DNA of 64,000 nucleotides from a virus. The stretch lies in the IMG/VR virus record IMGVR_UViG_3300025450_000016. The stretch is one strand, 5' to 3'. The stretch's first letter is position 1; the number at the start of each line of letters is the position of its first letter. Positions 59,151 through 64,000 of this stretch are shown here, in pieces. The notes under the pieces were generated by a model. The model saw only the letters and a program-made list of their open reading frames with translations. It had not been told where the DNA came from and ran no database searches. The translations under genes were made by a program, and so were the position numbers.

Positions 59151-60323
59151 GTGAAACTCAACGGTAAAACAGTCAGAACCAAAGCCAAAGTTCAACGAAA
59201 TCCCCTGATGGTGGATGAAAAATACACAGGTGAAGAACCGGTGTGGGACACTGAACGAGCCTTGACTTTTGATGATGCCACTTTTGATCATCACCTGCGT
59301 CGTGCATTTTATTACTACAATTATTTTTACAACCAAAAAGACTGTAAAAAGTATGTGGTGGAGTGGATGAAAGATCCCAAAAACGGGTTTACTGCCGCAG
59401 ACGTCAAAACATTTAGCCGTAGCCCGGATCGTGCAATCGAAATGACAGCTTGCAGTCTTGTTATGGCACATCGTCAAGGAATGCCATTCAAACCTAGATC
59501 ATTGGAATATCTCAAGTCAGCTATTGTCAAAGCCATCAACAGCACAGCCGACGAAGTGGAAGAAGTAGCAACAGAAGAAAAACCCAAGGCATACGTGCCC
59601 ACTATCCAGGATAGACTAAATGAAAAAACAGCAGACACCATTGGCGAACTTGAAGGTCACTACGATGAGTTTATTAGTAACCCTAAGTACCAGTTTAAGC
59701 CTTATGATTTTCTTGTGGCTAACAATGTTCCCCAGAGCCAGCTGACCAAATACGAAGAAGTGTACCAAAAGCGGTTCAATGAACTCCGTGCCGCCTACGA
59801 AAAACAAGACGAGCAATTGGTCGAAGGCTACAGTCATATGAAATCTGCAGACTTCAAACGTGTGTTCACTTTCCTGGATCAAATTTTAAACGACATTATT
59901 CAGTATCGCGGAGTTAAAAAAGCAACCAAGAAAGTTCGTGCTCCAAAGTCGGTCAGCAAAGAAAAAGTAGTGTCCAAACTCAAATATGCCAAAGAAGACA
60001 AAGTGCTACGTTTGATCAGTGTCAATCCCGCAGACATTGTTGGTGCTCAAGAACTATGGGTTTACAACAGCAAAACACGCAAACTGGGCAAGTATGTAGC
60101 TGACAGTTTAAAAGGACCCTTAAATGTCAAAGGAACCACGATTATCGGCTACGATGAGCACAAAAGCACGTCAAAAACCCTCCGCAAACCTGAAGAAAAA
60201 CTCAAGGAGTTTGCCAAGGCTACTAAGATACAGCTACGCAAATTCTTGGAAGATATCAAAGCAACTGAAACCAGACTCAACGGTCGCATCAATCAAGATA
60301 CCCTATTACTCCGTGTACAGTAA
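59151..60323 (+). CDS. Hypothetical protein (early)
   Basis: 390 aa, GTG start with AAGGAG SD and its own sigma70 promoter; basic C-terminus. Confidence 0.75.
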   Translation: MKLNGKTVRTKAKVQRNPLMVDEKYTGEEPVWDTERALTFDDATFDHHLRRAFYYYNYFYNQKDCKKYVVEWMKDPKNGFTAADVKTFSRSPDRAIEMTACSLVMAHRQGMPFKPRSLEYLKSAIVKAINSTADEVEEVATEEKPKAYVPTIQDRLNEKTADTIGELEGHYDEFISNPKYQFKPYDFLVANNVPQSQLTKYEEVYQKRFNELRAAYEKQDEQLVEGYSHMKSADFKRVFTFLDQILNDIIQYRGVKKATKKVRAPKSVSKEKVVSKLKYAKEDKVLRLISVNPADIVGAQELWVYNSKTRKLGKYVADSLKGPLNVKGTTIIGYDEHKSTSKTLRKPEEKLKEFAKATKIQLRKFLEDIKATETRLNGRINQDTLLLRVQ

Positions 60324-60349
60324 TAAATACTGTATAGACGGAGTAATCG

Positions 60350-61306
60350 ATGGCCACACCATTTCCTAATGCAGTGACCCCAGAACCTGGGTACGATGCA
60401 CAAAACAACATAACAGCAAGAAGCCTGTTCAATGCCAACACAGGGTCGCAGTCAGGGCCTCATATAGCATTTGATGGCAATCCTGATGTAACATTTCCTG
60501 GTGTAACAGACCCCAGCTGGCAGTATGGTAACACTACCGATTCAATGCGAGCCAGCATTGTTGATTATATCCGTATGCGCCTAGGCGACGGTATTGTTGA
60601 CGTTGAGCTAGACAAAGAACACTATGAAATGGGCATTAACCAAGCTCTAATCAAGTATCGTCAACGAGCACAAAACTCCACAGAAGAAAGTTATGCTAGC
60701 CTACAACTTCTTCCTGAAACACAAGAGTATATTTTGCCTAAAGAAATTCAAACAGTCAAGGCCATTTATCGTCGTGGTATCGGATCAGTCACAGGAACAA
60801 CTGCCAGTCAATTTGAGCCGTTTGCTTCGGGTTACTTGAACACATATATGTTGACTGCAGGTCGTGTTGGCGGCTTGACCAATTATGAATTGTTTGTAGA
60901 TTATCAAAAGCTGGCTATGAAAATGTTTGGTGGCTTTATGAACTTTACGTTTAATCCAGTTACCAAGAAGCTGACTATTGTTCGCAAAATGCCTTGGCAA
61001 GGTGCTAACCCGCAGTTGGATCAACAGGAGTCGGTATTGCTACACATATTCAATACCAAACCAGATCAAATGATCTTTAACGACACTTACGCATTTCCTT
61101 GGATACAAGAATATGCCTACAGTTTCTGCAAGCGCATCTTGGGTGAAGCACGTAGCAAGTTTAGTCAAATTGCTGGCCCACAAGGCGGCGGGCAGTTAAA
61201 CGGCGATGCACTCAAACAAGAAGCACAGGCCGAAATGGAAAAACTAGAAGAAGATCTCAAAACCTATGTGGATGGATCGCAACCATTAACTTGGGTAATA
61301 GGATAA
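60350..61306 (+). CDS. gp13: Neck protein, gp13-like
   Basis: LG...VDVELD..H, W..EYA....K..LG..RSKF..I.GP.GG..LNG..L..EA..E...L motifs. Confidence 0.85.
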   Translation: MATPFPNAVTPEPGYDAQNNITARSLFNANTGSQSGPHIAFDGNPDVTFPGVTDPSWQYGNTTDSMRASIVDYIRMRLGDGIVDVELDKEHYEMGINQALIKYRQRAQNSTEESYASLQLLPETQEYILPKEIQTVKAIYRRGIGSVTGTTASQFEPFASGYLNTYMLTAGRVGGLTNYELFVDYQKLAMKMFGGFMNFTFNPVTKKLTIVRKMPWQGANPQLDQQESVLLHIFNTKPDQMIFNDTYAFPWIQEYAYSFCKRILGEARSKFSQIAGPQGGGQLNGDALKQEAQAEMEKLEEDLKTYVDGSQPLTWVIG

Positions 61307-61334
61307 TTGACAAACACTTGAAAGTATGTAAAAA
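61307..61334 (+). promoter_or_regulatory. Sigma70-type promoter for dNMP kinase
   Basis: TTGACA-N16-TAAAAT. Confidence 0.65.
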
Positions 61335-61361
61335 TAGCCCTTATATATTGAGGGCTTTTTT
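61335..61361 (+). terminator. Probable terminator after gp13
   Basis: AGCCCT-TATATATTG-AGGGCT followed by a T run. Confidence 0.6.
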
Positions 61362-61988
61362 ATGATCATAGGTGTATGTGGGTTCATTGGTTCGGGTAAA
61401 GATACTATTGCTGACTACTTGGTTGGCTTTCACGGTTACCGTCGCGACAGCTTTGCTGGCACACTCAAAGATGCTGTGGCTGCAGTATTTGGGTGGGACA
61501 GAGAACTGTTGGAAGGACGTACACCCGAAGCACGTGCCTGGCGCGAACAAGTAGATCCATGGTGGGCCAACCGTTTATCAATGCCTGCACTAACTCCGCG
61601 TTGGGTCCTGCAACACTGGGGAACTGAAGTGTGCCGTCGAGCGTTTCACGATGATATTTGGATCGCAGCACTGGAGGCACGACTGAGCCGTCGTAGCGAC
61701 AATACTGTGATTAGTGATGTGCGTTTCCCTAACGAAATTGCCAGTATTCGCAATGCTGGCGGTATTGTTATCAGAGTGGTACGTGGTGAAGAACCCACAT
61801 GGTACGGAGTGGCACAGGCCGCAAATCAGCACCCACAGCCCAATGCCAGCAGTGAGATTCTTGGTAAACTGGGAATACACATCAGTGAAACTGCTTGGGT
61901 TGGTACCAAGTTTGATGCAGTAATTGACAACAACGGCACCATTGAAGAACTGTATAACCAAGTTAAAAATCTGGTACAATCGGACTAG
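61362..61988 (+). CDS. Deoxynucleoside monophosphate kinase (T4 gp1-like)
   Basis: G..GSGKDT.A, SFA..LK, PR..LQ..GTE..R, ISDVRF.NE and H.SE motifs. Confidence 0.92.
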   Translation: MIIGVCGFIGSGKDTIADYLVGFHGYRRDSFAGTLKDAVAAVFGWDRELLEGRTPEARAWREQVDPWWANRLSMPALTPRWVLQHWGTEVCRRAFHDDIWIAALEARLSRRSDNTVISDVRFPNEIASIRNAGGIVIRVVRGEEPTWYGVAQAANQHPQPNASSEILGKLGIHISETAWVGTKFDAVIDNNGTIEELYNQVKNLVQSD

Positions 61989-62316
61989 GTTTCCACGGAA
62001 GATTACTGCTGAGCAATTCAATACGGCAGTTGGCACAAACTGTTTTTAAATTAAACGAGTTGCAATTTTTTAAATTGCCATCCACGTGATAAACAAATAA
62101 TTGTTTAACAGGTAGCTTGGCACGAAAGTTGCAAACTTCGCATCTTTCTTTTTTCTTATAGCCAGACTTGACCCACAGTGGCCTAACGGCCTTTAGTTTA
62201 CGACCTTTTCGTATGCAAGGCGCACAACTGTTGCGATAGTGAGTGACACCATCCTTGCGATAGTTAACTGCAACAAGGGTTTCGTTGCATATGGGGCACA
62301 AATTGCGTTTTAACAT
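61963..62316 (-). CDS. Zn-finger HNH-family nuclease
   Basis: CPIC, CAPC and CEVC, then VYHVDGN..N....NL..VCANC; ATG 5 nt after TAAATA. Confidence 0.75.
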   Translation of the reverse strand: MLKRNLCPICNETLVAVNYRKDGVTHYRNSCAPCIRKGRKLKAVRPLWVKSGYKKKERCEVCNFRAKLPVKQLFVYHVDGNLKNCNSFNLKTVCANCRIELLSSNLPWKPSPIVPDF

Positions 62317-62377
62317 ACAGTTATTTACGCTAAACCTTTGCAAAGGCTCCAATTAGATCCAAAATTTTCTCCTTTAT

Positions 62378-62385
62378 TATAAATA
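62378..62385 (+). promoter_or_regulatory. Late promoter of tail sheath
   Basis: Perfect TATAAATA. Confidence 0.8.
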
Positions 62386-62414
62386 ACTATAATGCAATTT
62401 AAAGGATAAAAACC

Positions 62415-64000
62415 ATGGCACTAGTTTCTCCAGGAATATCAATTTCCATCAACGATCAGAGTCAATATGTTAACAGCAATATTGGCTCAGTACCATTTGT
62501 ATTGTTAGCTACAGCGGAAAATAAAACCTACAACGGTTCGTTGGCTACAGGTACTACAAAAGCCAATGCTGGTAAATTACAATCATTTACTAGCCAACGC
62601 GATTTAGTAACAGCAATGGGAACACCGTCATTCCAAATGAGCTCTTCGGGTTCAATGGTCAATGCCAGTGAAATCAGCGAATACGGTTTAATGGCAGCTT
62701 ACAGCGCACTAGGCCTAGGTAATCAGCTATATGCTATCCGTGCCGATATTGATCTTAACGAATTAACAGGAACATCAGTTCGCCCAGTAGCTGCTCCGAC
62801 CGACGGCGCAGAATGGTTAGATTTAGCCAATACCGATTGGGGTATTTACGAATTAGATCGCACAGTTAGCCCTGCAGATTTCAATGAAATCGCTCCGTTA
62901 ACTTTGACAGATCCAACACAAGTTGTAAACGATACTTCTACATACAGCAACGTTACTGTTCCAACACCACGTGCATCTGTTGGTGTTACAGGTAGCTATG
63001 TATTGCCACTAGTTACACAAACTGGTACAGCTGCAGCAACTATCCGTTTATTTTACAAAGCTACAGCATTGTCAACCAAGTCTACTTGGAACGGCCAAAC
63101 AAACGCAAACAGTTGGGTAATGGTTGGTAGTCCAGATTGGCAACGTGCCAGATACGCCGCTGTTTCAGCTGGCGCTATCAGCGGTACAGTTGGCGGTACT
63201 ACTGGTACTGATGTACGTTTGATCATTAACAGTACCAACATTACTGCTGCTGATTTTGGCGGTATCAGCACTACATTAACAGCTAACTTGTTGGCTCAAA
63301 CAATTAACAGCAAACAGATTCCAGGCGTGTATGCCCTAGCAGCTGGTAACCCAGGTTTGGTTTACTTGTTTGTTACCAATGCTTCTTCAAGCACTGGCGG
63401 CGCAGCCAACGGCGCAATGACAATCAGCGGTGCATTGGGCTCTAGCACAACATCTGGTCTACGTATCACCGGCACATACAATGCACCATACTTGTTCTAC
63501 GGCAACTATGCCAGCGAGCCAACAGGTGGTTGGGGTATTTCTTCTAGCGATGCAAAACCACGTCCATCAGGCAGTATCTGGTGGAAAACCAGCTCGGTTG
63601 GTAATGGCTTTAACCCTGTGGTTAAAACATACAGCCAAGCAACTGACAAGTGGACTCCATTGACAACACCAGTGTTCCTAAACAATGCTGATGCACTTGC
63701 ACAACTTGACCCTAACGGTGGCGAAGCAATTGATCCAGGTACCAGTTTCTTTATCACTACACCAACTGATGGTACATACAATTTCTTACGTTTAATTACT
63801 ACACTAAGAAACGGTGTCACTTATATGACTGCTGGACAGTTTGACCCACAAAGTCAAATCCAAGGTACAGAATATTTTGCAATTGGCGCAACTGTACCAG
63901 GCTCGTCAACAGTTCCTACATACACCACAGTCACATTGGCTGGTACTGGTGTACAAGATGTAGTAACAGCTATTTTATCAGCCGGTGTCCCATACATTTC
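62415..64000 (+). CDS. gp18: Tail sheath protein (5' part, runs off the right edge)
   Basis: MALVSPGISISINDQSQY...SQRDL....G.P.F...E..EYGL.AAYS; preceded by a TATAAATA promoter and AAGGA SD. Confidence 0.88.
   Translation, partial: MALVSPGISISINDQSQYVNSNIGSVPFVLLATAENKTYNGSLATGTTKANAGKLQSFTSQRDLVTAMGTPSFQMSSSGSMVNASEISEYGLMAAYSALGLGNQLYAIRADIDLNELTGTSVRPVAAPTDGAEWLDLANTDWGIYELDRTVSPADFNEIAPLTLTDPTQVVNDTSTYSNVTVPTPRASVGVTGSYVLPLVTQTGTAAATIRLFYKATALSTKSTWNGQTNANSWVMVGSPDWQRARYAAVSAGAISGTVGGTTGTDVRLIINSTNITAADFGGISTTLTANLLAQTINSKQIPGVYALAAGNPGLVYLFVTNASSSTGGAANGAMTISGALGSSTTSGLRITGTYNAPYLFYGNYASEPTGGWGISSSDAKPRPSGSIWWKTSSVGNGFNPVVKTYSQATDKWTPLTTPVFLNNADALAQLDPNGGEAIDPGTSFFITTPTDGTYNFLRLITTLRNGVTYMTAGQFDPQSQIQGTEYFAIGATVPGSSTVPTYTTVTLAGTGVQDVVTAILSAGVPYI

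Noticed and set aside
1-64000. Alternative genetic code, tRNAs, inteins or introns in core genes
   Set aside because: Core genes are full length in code 11 with TAA, TGA and TAG all used as stops; no cloverleaf or intein motifs were seen by eye.

Overview
A 64-kb stretch of a large T4-superfamily (myovirus-like) phage genome in standard genetic code, covering most of the virion-morphogenesis region. Left to right: a minus-strand baseplate operon (a giant protein of >3,400 aa that runs off the left edge, gp6, gp25, a lysozyme-like protein, gp5, and gp27-, gp53- and gp48/54-like genes); the T4-type gp55-gp47-gp46 block, interrupted and followed by two similar radical-SAM modules; a small GIY-YIG nuclease followed by a ~470-nt, highly structured non-coding region; a gp26-like chaperone with a -1 slippery site; a tape measure protein with a GH73 domain; the head operon (gp20, 21, 22, 23); a cluster of Thr/Ser/Gly-rich modular fibre genes followed by a Maf-like putative glycosyltransferase; NUDIX; gp15, gp14 and gp13; dNMP kinase; an HNH protein; and the start of tail sheath gp18. 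TAAATA late promoters and sigma70-type early promoters can be read directly, and many would give leaderless mRNAs. The best candidate for an undescribed system is the GIY-YIG gene plus its adjacent structured RNA/DNA element (29908-30809). Next are a putative long-range or antisense RNA pairing across the 6-kb fibre gene, the paired radical-SAM modules, and possible virion glycosylation. Gene identities come from motif recognition and gene order; no database search or folding program was run.
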